Shown here: positions 9,224 to 18,557 of the stretch, in pieces
How positions within the stretch are numbered: the stretch's first letter is position 1
Layout: each line of letters starts with the position of its first letter
Assembly: GCA_903851365.1 (NCBI GenBank)
Contig: CAINOB010000082.1
Location: 7,590 to 71,589 of the forward strand
Direction: 5' to 3'
Source: an uncultured Bacteroidota bacterium
Lineage (GTDB): Bacteria; Bacteroidota; Bacteroidia; Bacteroidales; UBA12481
DNA length: 64,000 nt
The notes under the pieces: generated by a model
Seen by the model: only the letters and a program-made list of their open reading frames with translations
Database searches by the model: none
Told to the model about the DNA's origin: nothing
Translations under genes and position numbers: made by a program

Positions 9224-12200
9224 ATGGATGAAAAGGATAAATCCAGAGAAGATCTGATCATTGAATTAGGCGAATTAAGGCTCGAACTCGATCAGGCTAA
9301 AAAATCCTTTAGCAATGATTTGTCCATTCGGAATGATCTCGATTTTAAACTAAAGGAACGGCTTAAGGAACTTCATTGCCACAACCGTATTTCACATTTT
9401 ATGGCCAATGATGATCTGTCTTTCAGTGATACCTTAAAACAGATTGTTGGCATAATTCCGGATGCATGGCAATTCCCGGAAGTTACATCTGCCTCCATTG
9501 ATATTAAAGGGTTGGTTTATAAAACCGAAAATTTCCGGATGACGAGCTGGTACCTGTTGAGAGATATTGTTACCTCAGGAAAAACTATAGGTCGGGTAAT
9601 AGTATGCTATAATGAGAATTGTGGCTTCGATCCTGCCAGTCCATTTTTGAAGGAGGAGGAAGATCTTATTTTCGCAATAGCGGAAAGATTGGGGAATTTT
9701 GTTCAGCGGAAGGAAAAGGAGCTGGCCCTGTACCAAAGTGAGGAAAAATACCGCGAACTGATCGAGAATATTCATGACGTTATTTATGAGATTGACCCTA
9801 AGGGTGTCATCAAATACATTAGCCCTTCAGTTGAGCGGATTGTTGGTTTTTCACCGAAGGAAGTAATCGGTAAAAATTTCACTGATTTTGTTGGAGAGGC
9901 AGGTAAGTTTCTGTCTGAAAGGCTTCTGCTTCTTAAAGATGTCCATGAAATTGAGAACGAATATAAGATCAGATCCAAAACCGGCGTAACATGCTGGGTA
10001 CGTTTGTCGACAAAGGCAAAATTTGACGGCAAAGATTTTATTGGTGGCACCGGAACCCTGATTGATATCACCGATAGAAAGCAGATTGACCTGGAACTTC
10101 AGAACAGTGAGTCGCTCTACCGTTCTATCCTCGATGCTTCGCCAGATTTAATTACGATTACCGATCTTGAGGGTAAAATTCTCCTTACTTCTCCCAGGGC
10201 TTTTGAACTGTTCGGGTATGACAATTCCTTCAATTTTGGAGGGCATAGCCTGCTGGAATATATTCATCCTGAGGATCATGTTAGAGCAATGCAGGGTATC
10301 ACAGATATGTTCCGGGGAAATTTTTTCGGCGCCACGGAATATAAGGGAATCCGTGCTGACGGATCAATTTTTGACATCGAGGTGAACGGTCAGTTTATTC
10401 GTGATGCCGAAGGTAACCCGGTGAGCATGATTTTTGTTACCCGCGATATTTCGGAGCGGAAGAAAACTGAAAGCATGCTTTTCCGAACTGAGGAGAGGTT
10501 CAGGAAACTGGTGGAAAATATCAATGATGCGATTTATGAAATCGACAATACCGGTACGGTTTTGTATGTAAGCCCCTCCATAGAAAGAATTGTGGGATAT
10601 ACCCCGGAAGACCTGATCGGGAAGAATTTCTTTGCATTCATGTATCCGGATGACCGGCCAATACTTACAGAGGCTTTGGCACATCTGGGCCAAAAAGATT
10701 TTTCATTCCTGGAATACCGTTATTATGCTAAAGATGGTTCCCTCCGTTGGGTACGCTCTTCAACTAAGCCTATTGTTCAGAATGGCAGTATGATTGGTGG
10801 CATCGGCTCATTGACAGATATTACCGACCGCAAGAAAGATGAGGAGGAACTTCTGAAACTCTCGCGAGCCGTTGAGCAAAGCCCAGTGAGTATTGTAATT
10901 ACCAATCTCGACGGAAACATCGAATATGCAAATCCCAAGGCTACCGAAACGACCGGTTATGAACTTCATGAGCTTCTGGGTAAGAATCCGAGGGTTCTGA
11001 AGTCGGGTGAAACGAATTCCATGGAATATGAAAAGCTGTGGAAAACCATAACCACCGGCGATAAATGGCACGGAATATTCCATAACAAAAGAAAAAACGG
11101 CGAGCTGTACTGGGAATCCTCAACCATTTCTCCTATCACTGACCTTAATGGCAAGATAACCCATTATCGTGCAGTTAAGGAGGATATCACCGAACGCATT
11201 AAGACACAGCAAATACTTATCAAAAGTGAGGCTACCCTGAACTATGCTCAGGAGATTGCAAAAATGGGAAGCTGGGAGCTTGACCTGAGTACCAATGAGG
11301 TAATCTGGTCAAAAAACCTTTTTCGATTGCTCGGACTGGAACCTGCTGAGAAAGTGCTCGACAACAATGCCTTCAATAAAATGGTACATCCGGATGATTA
11401 CCATTTAGTGGATGATCTGATGGAGGAAATGTCGAAGACACATCAGGCGGGTAGCATCGATCTGCGAATTGTCATGCCTGATGGCTCCTTTAAATGGATC
11501 CAGGATAACGTGGTTCCTGTTTATGACGGAGGCGAACTGATCTCTTTGAAAGGCGTGAATATTGATATAACAGAAAAGAAACTGGCTGAGGAGGAAATCA
11601 AGCAGCAAAACGCAAGATCAAATGCTATTTTTCAAGCACTGCCTGATTTGATCCTGATTTCAGACAAAGACGGTGTTTGCATCGAATATTATACCAATGA
11701 TCCTAAGCGAATTCCTGTACCAAGGGATCAGATTATCGGGATCCATGTTTCAAAAATCTATGAACCCAAAATTGCGGATCTTCACCTTCAGAAGATTAAA
11801 GAATGCATAGCCACTGAAAAAGTGGTCACTTATGAATATGATACCACCCGGAATTCCGAGGAATATCATTATGAAACAAGATTAGTGAGGATGGGGCCCG
11901 ACCGGGTTTTAGCTTTTATCCGGGATATCACGGATAAAAAGCAAAAAGAAGAGGAAATTCAAAAACTCTCCATGGCAGTTGATCAAAGTCCTGTATCTAT
12001 CGTAATAACTGACCTTGATGCCAATATTGAGTACGTCAACCCAGCGTTTACCACCACTACCGGTTACACGATGGAGGAGGTGATTGGCAAGAATACGAAT
12101 ATTCTGAAATCAGGGCTCACTCCCCGTCAAACCTATGATGAACTCTGGGATACCCTCCGGCAGGGAAAGGGGTGGTCGGGCGAATGGATCAACAATCGGA

Positions 12201-14689
12201 AAAACGGGGAGACGTATTGGGAGAGTATCTCGATCAGCCCTATTCACGACGAGAAAGGGAATGTCATAAATTATCTCGCGGTGAAGCAGGATATTACGCA
12301 TAGAAAACAAATCGAACAGGAAATTCGCGACCTTAATGCCACCCTTGAACAAAGGATTGAAGAGAGGACTACCCAACTTTCGGTTACCAACGAAAACCTT
12401 TTACAGGAAATCGAGGAGCGGAGGCAAATTGAAGAGGCATTGCAGGAAAAGACTCAGGAGCTGGAGAATTTCTTCAATGTTGCTCTCGACCTGCTTTGCA
12501 TTGCCGATACCAGCGGATATTTTATCAGGGTTAATAAAGCCTGGGAAAATCTGCTCGGATATTCAACCGCTGAACTGGAGCATAGGCAGTTCCTTGAGTT
12601 TGTTCATCCTGACGATATTCAGGCTACTCTGGATGCAATGAATGAATTGAGCGAACAAAATCCTATCCTTAACTTTATTAACCGTTACCGGACTAAAGAG
12701 GGGGATTATCGCTTTATCGAATGGCACAGTGTTCCCGTTGGTTCTTTTATTTACGCTGCTGCCCGGGATATTACCGAGCGTATGATTGCTGAAACTTTGC
12801 TCGAACAAACAAGGCAGAATTATGCCACCTTCTTTAATACCATAGATGATTTTCTGTTTGTTCTCGATTCCAGGGGGATTATCATTGACGTCAATGAAAC
12901 CGTAATAGTCCGTCTCGGTTATGGACCAACCGGACTTACAGGGAAAAAATACGATCATCTCTATCCTAACGACCGTCTGGCTGAGGTAGTTGGCGAGATG
13001 AAAGGTATGCTGGCAGGAACAATTGAATTGTCTTCTGTACCCATCCTCACTAAGAACGGTGATCAGATTCCTGTTGAAACTAGAGTGAAGCGGGGTCATT
13101 GGAATGGACAGGAAGTATATTTTATTGTTAGCAAGGATATCTCCAAAATTAAATTGTCGGAGCAGAAATTCTCGACAGCCTTCCAGTCTAACTCAGCCAT
13201 GATGGCGATCTCCAATTTTGAAAACGGAGAATATCTTGATATTAATAATGCTTTCCTCGAGGTGATGGGATATACCCGTCAGGAGATAATCGGCAATACA
13301 AACCTGGGTCTTCAGCTTTTTGTTGATCTGAATTTGAGAAAGAGAATTTTGGACACTCTTGATGCCGCTATTCCGGTTAGAAAGTGGGAGATAAAAATTC
13401 GGACAAAAGATGGAGTGGAGAAAACTGGATTATTGTCGGCAGATTCAATCTTTATCGGGGATATCCGTTGCCTGCTTACCGTAAATATCGATATCTCGGA
13501 CCGGATTAAGGCTGAGGAGGACCTGAGGCAGGCCCGGCTTGCGGCAGAACAGGCCAATCTGGCAAAAAGTGAATTTCTATCGCGAATGAGCCTTGAGCTG
13601 AGAACGCCGATGAATTCTATTCTGGGGTTCGCTCAGCTGCTTGAAATGGGAGAACTCAATGCGGGGCAAAAGAAGGGAGTTACCCATATTATGAGGAGTG
13701 GGAAACACCTTCTCGACCTGATAAATGAGGTCCTTGATATCTCACGCATCGAAGCCGGCCGGCTCTCTTTATCACTTGAACCGGTAGATGTTGACGGTCT
13801 GATTGGTGAAATGCTTGATTATATCAAGCCGCAGGCATTCGACCGTAACATTAAAATGAAAATCATCTCTTCGCCGGAGAGTAAGCTGTTTGTCAAATCG
13901 GATCGCCAGCGATTGAAACAGGTACTGCTGAATTTACTGAGCAATGCCGTAAAATACAACAGGGAAGGTGGTTGGATCCATGTTGAAACAGAACTCACGG
14001 ATGCGGGTTATGCTGGAAAAGAAAATCTCCGAATTTCTGTAAGCGACAGCGGACTCGGAATATCCCCTGCCGACCTGCCCAAACTTTTTACTCCCTTTGA
14101 ACGTATTGGAGCCGAGAAAACTGAAACCGAAGGTACTGGTCTTGGCCTTTCGGTAGTGAAGAAGCTGATGGAAGCTATGGGTGGTTTTATGGGTGTGAGC
14201 AGCGTAGTGGGCGAGGGCTCCACTTTCTGGATCGAACTGCCAGTCATTGAAAGCCAGATCGAAACAGCAATCAATGGTGGCGACTTAATCAATATTAAAC
14301 CCGATATTCCTGCAAATGCGGGAACAATTTTATACATCGAGGATAATAATTCCAATATTGAGTTGGTTGAGCAGTTGCTTTCAGTCCATCGGCCCGGTAT
14401 AAAACTGATTGCAGATATTCATGGCAGACAGGCTGTCGCGCTCGCCCGGCAGCACAAGCCCGATATTATTTTGCTCGATCTCAACCTTCCGGATATTCAT
14501 GGGAGTGAAGTGCTCCGGCGCCTTCTGGCGGATGAAAAGGTTAAAAGCATACCCGTGGTAATTATCAGTGCTGATGCTACACCGAAGCAGTACCTGAAAT
14601 TAATAAGGGAGGGCGCCAGGAAATATCTGACCAAACCTCTTGAAATAGCGGAATTATTGAAAGTTATTGACGAGACTTTCGGGTGTTAA
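9224..14689 (+). CDS. hybrid sensor histidine kinase: N-terminal sensor module, ~10 PAS/PAC domains, HisKA-like, HATPase_c and a C-terminal receiver
   Basis: Ten repeats end in DIT(D/E)RK-like PAC motifs. N, G1, F and G2 boxes are present (LLSNAVKYN, DSGLGI, FTPFERIG, GTGLGLS). The REC domain has ED...D...S...K. The H-box reads FLSRMSLELRTPM, with Leu where the phospho-acceptor His is expected. Confidence 0.9.
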   Translation: MDEKDKSREDLIIELGELRLELDQAKKSFSNDLSIRNDLDFKLKERLKELHCHNRISHFMANDDLSFSDTLKQIVGIIPDAWQFPEVTSASIDIKGLVYKTENFRMTSWYLLRDIVTSGKTIGRVIVCYNENCGFDPASPFLKEEEDLIFAIAERLGNFVQRKEKELALYQSEEKYRELIENIHDVIYEIDPKGVIKYISPSVERIVGFSPKEVIGKNFTDFVGEAGKFLSERLLLLKDVHEIENEYKIRSKTGVTCWVRLSTKAKFDGKDFIGGTGTLIDITDRKQIDLELQNSESLYRSILDASPDLITITDLEGKILLTSPRAFELFGYDNSFNFGGHSLLEYIHPEDHVRAMQGITDMFRGNFFGATEYKGIRADGSIFDIEVNGQFIRDAEGNPVSMIFVTRDISERKKTESMLFRTEERFRKLVENINDAIYEIDNTGTVLYVSPSIERIVGYTPEDLIGKNFFAFMYPDDRPILTEALAHLGQKDFSFLEYRYYAKDGSLRWVRSSTKPIVQNGSMIGGIGSLTDITDRKKDEEELLKLSRAVEQSPVSIVITNLDGNIEYANPKATETTGYELHELLGKNPRVLKSGETNSMEYEKLWKTITTGDKWHGIFHNKRKNGELYWESSTISPITDLNGKITHYRAVKEDITERIKTQQILIKSEATLNYAQEIAKMGSWELDLSTNEVIWSKNLFRLLGLEPAEKVLDNNAFNKMVHPDDYHLVDDLMEEMSKTHQAGSIDLRIVMPDGSFKWIQDNVVPVYDGGELISLKGVNIDITEKKLAEEEIKQQNARSNAIFQALPDLILISDKDGVCIEYYTNDPKRIPVPRDQIIGIHVSKIYEPKIADLHLQKIKECIATEKVVTYEYDTTRNSEEYHYETRLVRMGPDRVLAFIRDITDKKQKEEEIQKLSMAVDQSPVSIVITDLDANIEYVNPAFTTTTGYTMEEVIGKNTNILKSGLTPRQTYDELWDTLRQGKGWSGEWINNRKNGETYWESISISPIHDEKGNVINYLAVKQDITHRKQIEQEIRDLNATLEQRIEERTTQLSVTNENLLQEIEERRQIEEALQEKTQELENFFNVALDLLCIADTSGYFIRVNKAWENLLGYSTAELEHRQFLEFVHPDDIQATLDAMNELSEQNPILNFINRYRTKEGDYRFIEWHSVPVGSFIYAAARDITERMIAETLLEQTRQNYATFFNTIDDFLFVLDSRGIIIDVNETVIVRLGYGPTGLTGKKYDHLYPNDRLAEVVGEMKGMLAGTIELSSVPILTKNGDQIPVETRVKRGHWNGQEVYFIVSKDISKIKLSEQKFSTAFQSNSAMMAISNFENGEYLDINNAFLEVMGYTRQEIIGNTNLGLQLFVDLNLRKRILDTLDAAIPVRKWEIKIRTKDGVEKTGLLSADSIFIGDIRCLLTVNIDISDRIKAEEDLRQARLAAEQANLAKSEFLSRMSLELRTPMNSILGFAQLLEMGELNAGQKKGVTHIMRSGKHLLDLINEVLDISRIEAGRLSLSLEPVDVDGLIGEMLDYIKPQAFDRNIKMKIISSPESKLFVKSDRQRLKQVLLNLLSNAVKYNREGGWIHVETELTDAGYAGKENLRISVSDSGLGISPADLPKLFTPFERIGAEKTETEGTGLGLSVVKKLMEAMGGFMGVSSVVGEGSTFWIELPVIESQIETAINGGDLINIKPDIPANAGTILYIEDNNSNIELVEQLLSVHRPGIKLIADIHGRQAVALARQHKPDIILLDLNLPDIHGSEVLRRLLADEKVKSIPVVIISADATPKQYLKLIREGARKYLTKPLEIAELLKVIDETFGC

Positions 14690-14731
14690 AATAAGTATCA
14701 TTGTATTGAAGTTAATCCAAAGGTTAAGGTT

Positions 14732-15952
14732 ATGATCGATATCGATTTAAAACAATCCAATATCCTCATTGTGGATGATCAGGTTGCTAATATTGATGTC
14801 CTGGAAACTTTCCTCTTGATGGAAGGGTATTCAAACGTCCGTTCAACAAAGGATCCCAGGGAAGTTGTTAGGCTTTTTGCTGAATTTAATCCCGACCTGA
14901 TTCTGCTTGACCTGATGATGCCTTACCTTAATGGTTTTGAGGTGATGGAGCAGCTGCAGTCTTGCATACCTACAAATACCTATCTGCCTATTCTGGTGCT
15001 TACTGCCGATGCCACCAAAGAGGCTAAACAACGTGCCTTATCCAGTGGAGGATCAGATTTTTTAACCAAGCCCTTCGACCTGATCGAGGTTGGCCTGCGG
15101 ATTAAAAACCTTTTGTATGCAAGGTTTCTTCACCGGCAGCTACGCGACCAGAATCAAATTCTGGAGGATAAAGTCAGGGAGCGTACTTTCGAACTGGAGA
15201 TGAATAATATTGATTTGAAGAAAGCAAAGGAAAAGGCCGAGGCAAGCGACAGGCTGAAATCTTCATTTCTTAACAATATCTCGCACGAAATTCGTACTCC
15301 TCTTAATGGTATTCTGGGTTTTGGCAATCTCCTGGCAGACCCGGAAACGCTGCCTGAAGAAAAGGGCACCTATTTAAAAATCATGGATCAAAGCAGTGCC
15401 AGACTATTGCAGACAGTCAGTAATTTTGTTGATATTTCCCTGATTTCTTCTGGCAACCTGGAGGTGAATAAGAGCGATTTCTGGCTGAAAATTGTTGTTA
15501 ATGAAATAATTGGGAAATATAGGCCTCTCTGTGAAGCCAAGAAGCTGGGCTTTTCCATTGAGATGGACAATGTCGAATCCGATACTGTGGTCAATGCCGA
15601 CAAGGACCTGCTTTATAAAATCATTAGCCACCTGATTGATAATGCCATAAAATTTACCAAGCAGGGATCGGTAACGGTTGGATTCAGGATCAGTGACCAT
15701 GAACTTCATTGCCGTGTTAAGGATACCGGAATCGGAATTTCGGAGGAGAGTCAAACGATCGTCTTTAAGGATTTTATGCAGGAAGATGGTTCCAATACAA
15801 GAGCTTTTGAAGGTACAGGACTCGGCCTGTCGATTGCGAAAGGTATTCTGTTACAACTTGGCGGAAGGATCTATCTTGAATCGGAAAAAGGAAAGGGTTC
15901 AACATTTTTCTTCTCTTTCCCGGCTACTTTCAATACATCACCCACCAATTAA
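14732..15952 (+). CDS. response-regulator receiver fused to a histidine kinase (REC-HisKA-HATPase_c)
   Basis: REC motifs (VDD, LLDLMMP, LTADA, TKPFD), intact H-box FLNNISHEIRTPLNGILGF and a HATPase_c domain (DNAIKFT, DTGIGI, GTGLGLS). Confidence 0.9.
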   Translation: MIDIDLKQSNILIVDDQVANIDVLETFLLMEGYSNVRSTKDPREVVRLFAEFNPDLILLDLMMPYLNGFEVMEQLQSCIPTNTYLPILVLTADATKEAKQRALSSGGSDFLTKPFDLIEVGLRIKNLLYARFLHRQLRDQNQILEDKVRERTFELEMNNIDLKKAKEKAEASDRLKSSFLNNISHEIRTPLNGILGFGNLLADPETLPEEKGTYLKIMDQSSARLLQTVSNFVDISLISSGNLEVNKSDFWLKIVVNEIIGKYRPLCEAKKLGFSIEMDNVESDTVVNADKDLLYKIISHLIDNAIKFTKQGSVTVGFRISDHELHCRVKDTGIGISEESQTIVFKDFMQEDGSNTRAFEGTGLGLSIAKGILLQLGGRIYLESEKGKGSTFFFSFPATFNTSPTN

Positions 15953-15954
15953 AA

Positions 15955-15976
15955 AAGGCTCAATTTCTTGAGCCTT
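15955..15976 (+). terminator. hairpin after the REC-HK gene
   Basis: AAGGCTCAA-TTTC-TTGAGCCTT begins 3 nt after the stop codon. The downstream T-tract is weak. Confidence 0.5.
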
Positions 15977-15990
15977 CTGCCTTTCGGCGT

Positions 15991-16007
15991 GTACCCAGAG
16001 CCGGGGT
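15991..16007. repeat. att repeat, tRNA-distal copy (GTACCCAGAGCCGGGGT)
   Basis: Identical to 33185-33201. Confidence 0.85.
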
Positions 16008-16124
16008 ACCGTAACTATTATACAATATTTAACGTAAACATCACCATTGTTACATCTTTAGCCTTTATTCATTATTGTTTTTGAGAGGTTCGAGGTTATA
16101 AAAAACATGCAAAAGTTAACTGTT

Positions 16125-16148
16125 GACCGCACCTATGACCGCACCTAT
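16125..16148. repeat. subterminal tandem 12-mer GACCGCACCTAT x2
   Basis: Perfect tandem repeat. A related tandem, GACCGCACCTGT-CACCGCACCCAT, lies at 33107-33130 in the same orientation. Confidence 0.8.
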
Positions 16149-16156
16149 TCATATTA

Positions 16157-17464
16157 ATGTTAAATAGTAATACCATGCCAGGCTTAAAACCACAGTTCAA
16201 ACTTAAAGTTGCTAACAAGGAAGGCTTATCAATGATCTACCTTCGGGTTTATTACGAAGGGAAGCGATTGACCTATTACCTTCCTCTTTCCATTGACCCG
16301 AATCACTGGATTAAAGAGGAGCAACGCCCATTACTGTACAAAAAGGAATTTAAAACACCACCGCAGGATGGTACGATAAGGCAATATCAGGATATCAAAG
16401 ATCAATTAGACAGATATGGGACAGAAACGACAAGAATTTATGGCAATTTCCGCTACAACGGTCAAATTCCATCACCAAAACAGATGAAGGAGGAATTGGA
16501 CAAGGTATTTCGTAAACAACCTGACGAGGCTAAAATCCTTCTTTTCGGAGCCTTCATTGACGATTTCATCGCAAGGTCTAACAAGAAATCTAATACAATG
16601 AGGAATTATCACACTACCAAGAGGCATTTTGAAGCCTTTGAGAAAAAAACCGGCAAAAAGTATCGTCTGACCGAGATGGATCTGAATTTTTATGATGCGT
16701 TTGTCCGGTATTTCATGGAAAAACCTTCAAGCACAAATACTATCGGCACAAATATCAAGAATATCAAGGTCTTCCTGGCTGATGCTGATGATCGTGGTTA
16801 TGTGGTCAATCAGGATTTCCGCAAGAAACATTTTAAAACGGTTGAGGAAGATGCTGACACCATCTATCTCAACGAGGCGGAGATTGATGCCATCGCAAAC
16901 CTGAAACTAAAGCAAGATGGCAAATTGGATCGTGTCAGGGATTGGTTTGTCGTAGGATGCCTTACCGGATTGCGTTATTCAGACTACCATCAATTAAGAA
17001 AGGAAAACATTGAATCAGTTGATAACCGTTATATGTTAACCCTTCGTATGATCAAAACTGGCTTACCAATTTCTGTTCCTGTGAATCCGCAGGTATTGAA
17101 CATTCTTAATAAATATGTTTGGGATATGCCGAAGGTCCTGTCGAATCAGAAGACCAATGAATATTTAAAAGAGATAGCAGCAGCAGCAAAATTAAATAGT
17201 AAAGAACTGATTCATAGGACGAATGGCAATTTAAGACATGAAGAAACCTTGTTCAAGTGGCAACTGGTGTCAACTCATACCGCTCGCAGAAGTTTTGCCA
17301 CTAATGCTTATTATGCCGGAATCCCTACAATTAAAATAATGCTGATTACCGGTCATAAGACAGAGCGGTCATTTCTGAAATATATTCGCATAAAAACGAA
17401 GGAGAATGCGTTAGACCTGATTGACCATCCGTTTTTTACGCGAGAACTAAAACAGTCAGTGTAA
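16157..17464 (+). CDS. site-specific tyrosine recombinase/integrase (Bacteroidota type with an N-terminal arm-binding domain)
   Basis: Catalytic signature GLRYSD, HTARRSFAT and GHKTERSFLKY (R...HxxR...H...Y). Lies adjacent to the att repeat. Confidence 0.9.
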   Translation: MLNSNTMPGLKPQFKLKVANKEGLSMIYLRVYYEGKRLTYYLPLSIDPNHWIKEEQRPLLYKKEFKTPPQDGTIRQYQDIKDQLDRYGTETTRIYGNFRYNGQIPSPKQMKEELDKVFRKQPDEAKILLFGAFIDDFIARSNKKSNTMRNYHTTKRHFEAFEKKTGKKYRLTEMDLNFYDAFVRYFMEKPSSTNTIGTNIKNIKVFLADADDRGYVVNQDFRKKHFKTVEEDADTIYLNEAEIDAIANLKLKQDGKLDRVRDWFVVGCLTGLRYSDYHQLRKENIESVDNRYMLTLRMIKTGLPISVPVNPQVLNILNKYVWDMPKVLSNQKTNEYLKEIAAAAKLNSKELIHRTNGNLRHEETLFKWQLVSTHTARRSFATNAYYAGIPTIKIMLITGHKTERSFLKYIRIKTKENALDLIDHPFFTRELKQSV

Positions 17465-17557
17465 TCAATGATGATCTGTGGTTTTGTTCCTTTGTGGTAC
17501 GTGGATTACGAAAAAAACGGTTGGTAATTTGCGAAGAATGTTATTCGTAGATAATGA

Positions 17558-18259
17558 TTAACTCTTTGCAGGCGTCTGAGTTGTTTGAGGAGTTTGAAGG
17601 TTATGAGGGTTTTCCCCCTTTATGGAATCTTTAACTATCTCAAACAATAAGGTTATCATAACACCCAAAACAACCAGGGCAAAACCTTTCCAAAATTCCT
17701 TTTTCCAAAACCTCTTTACTGAATTTTTATAGTTATTCAGTTCCTCCTCACAACCGTATATTTCATCGGAAATGTCTTTGAATGTACGTAGTTTTTCAAT
17801 ATACTCATTGAAAATTGGACTGAGATCAATTCCTGCATCCTTCTGACCCCGTAAATCCGCCATCTTAGTTACGAGTTTTCTAAGGGCACTCTTCTTCTGC
17901 GTATACTCAGGTATTACTGTATGGCAAACATCTGGTGGGAAGTTTTGTAGAAAATTCTCCAATTCATCTTTGGCAATTAAAACCTCACAATCATAGGTGT
18001 CAAAACCAGCGCGGTAAAAATGCCCCAAGGCCTTTTCAATATTGATTTTGAAGTAATTATCCTTATCTGCAGGGTTCGGATCAATTTTATTCCGGAAAAG
18101 GCTCATCACATGGTCTAAGGCATCCCTTTGTTCCTTTAGTAACTGAATGTTTACTTTGGTTTTGGGATCCAGACTTTCAACAAATAGTATGGCTCGTTTT
18201 AATTGATAGTACTCATGTATTAGAGCCTTAAGTGACGTAAGTTCTTCAGCATTAAACAT
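17558..18259 (-). CDS. hypothetical alpha-helical protein with a single C-terminal transmembrane helix
   Basis: 233-aa ORF. The hydrophobic segment GFALVVLGVMITLLFEIV lies near the C-terminus. No recognisable family. Confidence 0.5.
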   Translation of the reverse strand: MFNAEELTSLKALIHEYYQLKRAILFVESLDPKTKVNIQLLKEQRDALDHVMSLFRNKIDPNPADKDNYFKINIEKALGHFYRAGFDTYDCEVLIAKDELENFLQNFPPDVCHTVIPEYTQKKSALRKLVTKMADLRGQKDAGIDLSPIFNEYIEKLRTFKDISDEIYGCEEELNNYKNSVKRFWKKEFWKGFALVVLGVMITLLFEIVKDSIKGENPHNLQTPQTTQTPAKS

Positions 18260-18284
18260 GGGATATTGGGCTTAGGGACAAGAA

Positions 18285-18557
18285 TTAAGGCATACGTAAT
18301 TTTGCCATTTTCTTCTTGTAGTCGGCGTCCAATTCAAAGGTATCGAAGATATGCCCTCTTTTCAACGCTACATTACCCCGGATAACCATTTGGATAATAC
18401 CCCAAATCTTCATAACAGATGAAGTCGTGAGCGGTACATCTGAAAAACTGCCAAAAGGCATGCGATCAAGTTCTTCGATGGACGAAACGCCGGTCTGCTT
18501 GCAAATAATTTCATTGGCCTTGGGGGACAAGGTCAACAGCTTACCATTTTCCTTCAT
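18285..18557 (-). CDS. hypothetical small protein (90 aa from the ATG at 18557)
   Basis: ORF lies 25 nt upstream of the 233-aa ORF on the same strand. The TTG-extended track start was trimmed to the first ATG. Confidence 0.4.
   Translation of the reverse strand: MKENGKLLTLSPKANEIICKQTGVSSIEELDRMPFGSFSDVPLTTSSVMKIWGIIQMVIRGNVALKRGHIFDTFELDADYKKKMAKLRMP

Noticed and set aside
12563-13099. Long antisense ORFs lie inside confident genes. Examples are 12563-13099, 24775-25296, 34012-34503, 42025-42558, 45194-45625, 46162-46557 and 47325-47759.
   Set aside because: Each lies entirely opposite a gene with strong family motifs and translates to low-complexity or unfamiliar sequence. They are treated as shadow ORFs.
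18110-18127. RDALDH (residues 45-50 of the 233-aa ORF) fits the Rx4H motif of HEPN RNases.
   Set aside because: A six-residue pattern of this kind arises easily by chance. It sits near the N-terminus rather than in the usual HEPN position, and nothing else I can see supports the fold. It is mentioned only as something for a profile search to test.
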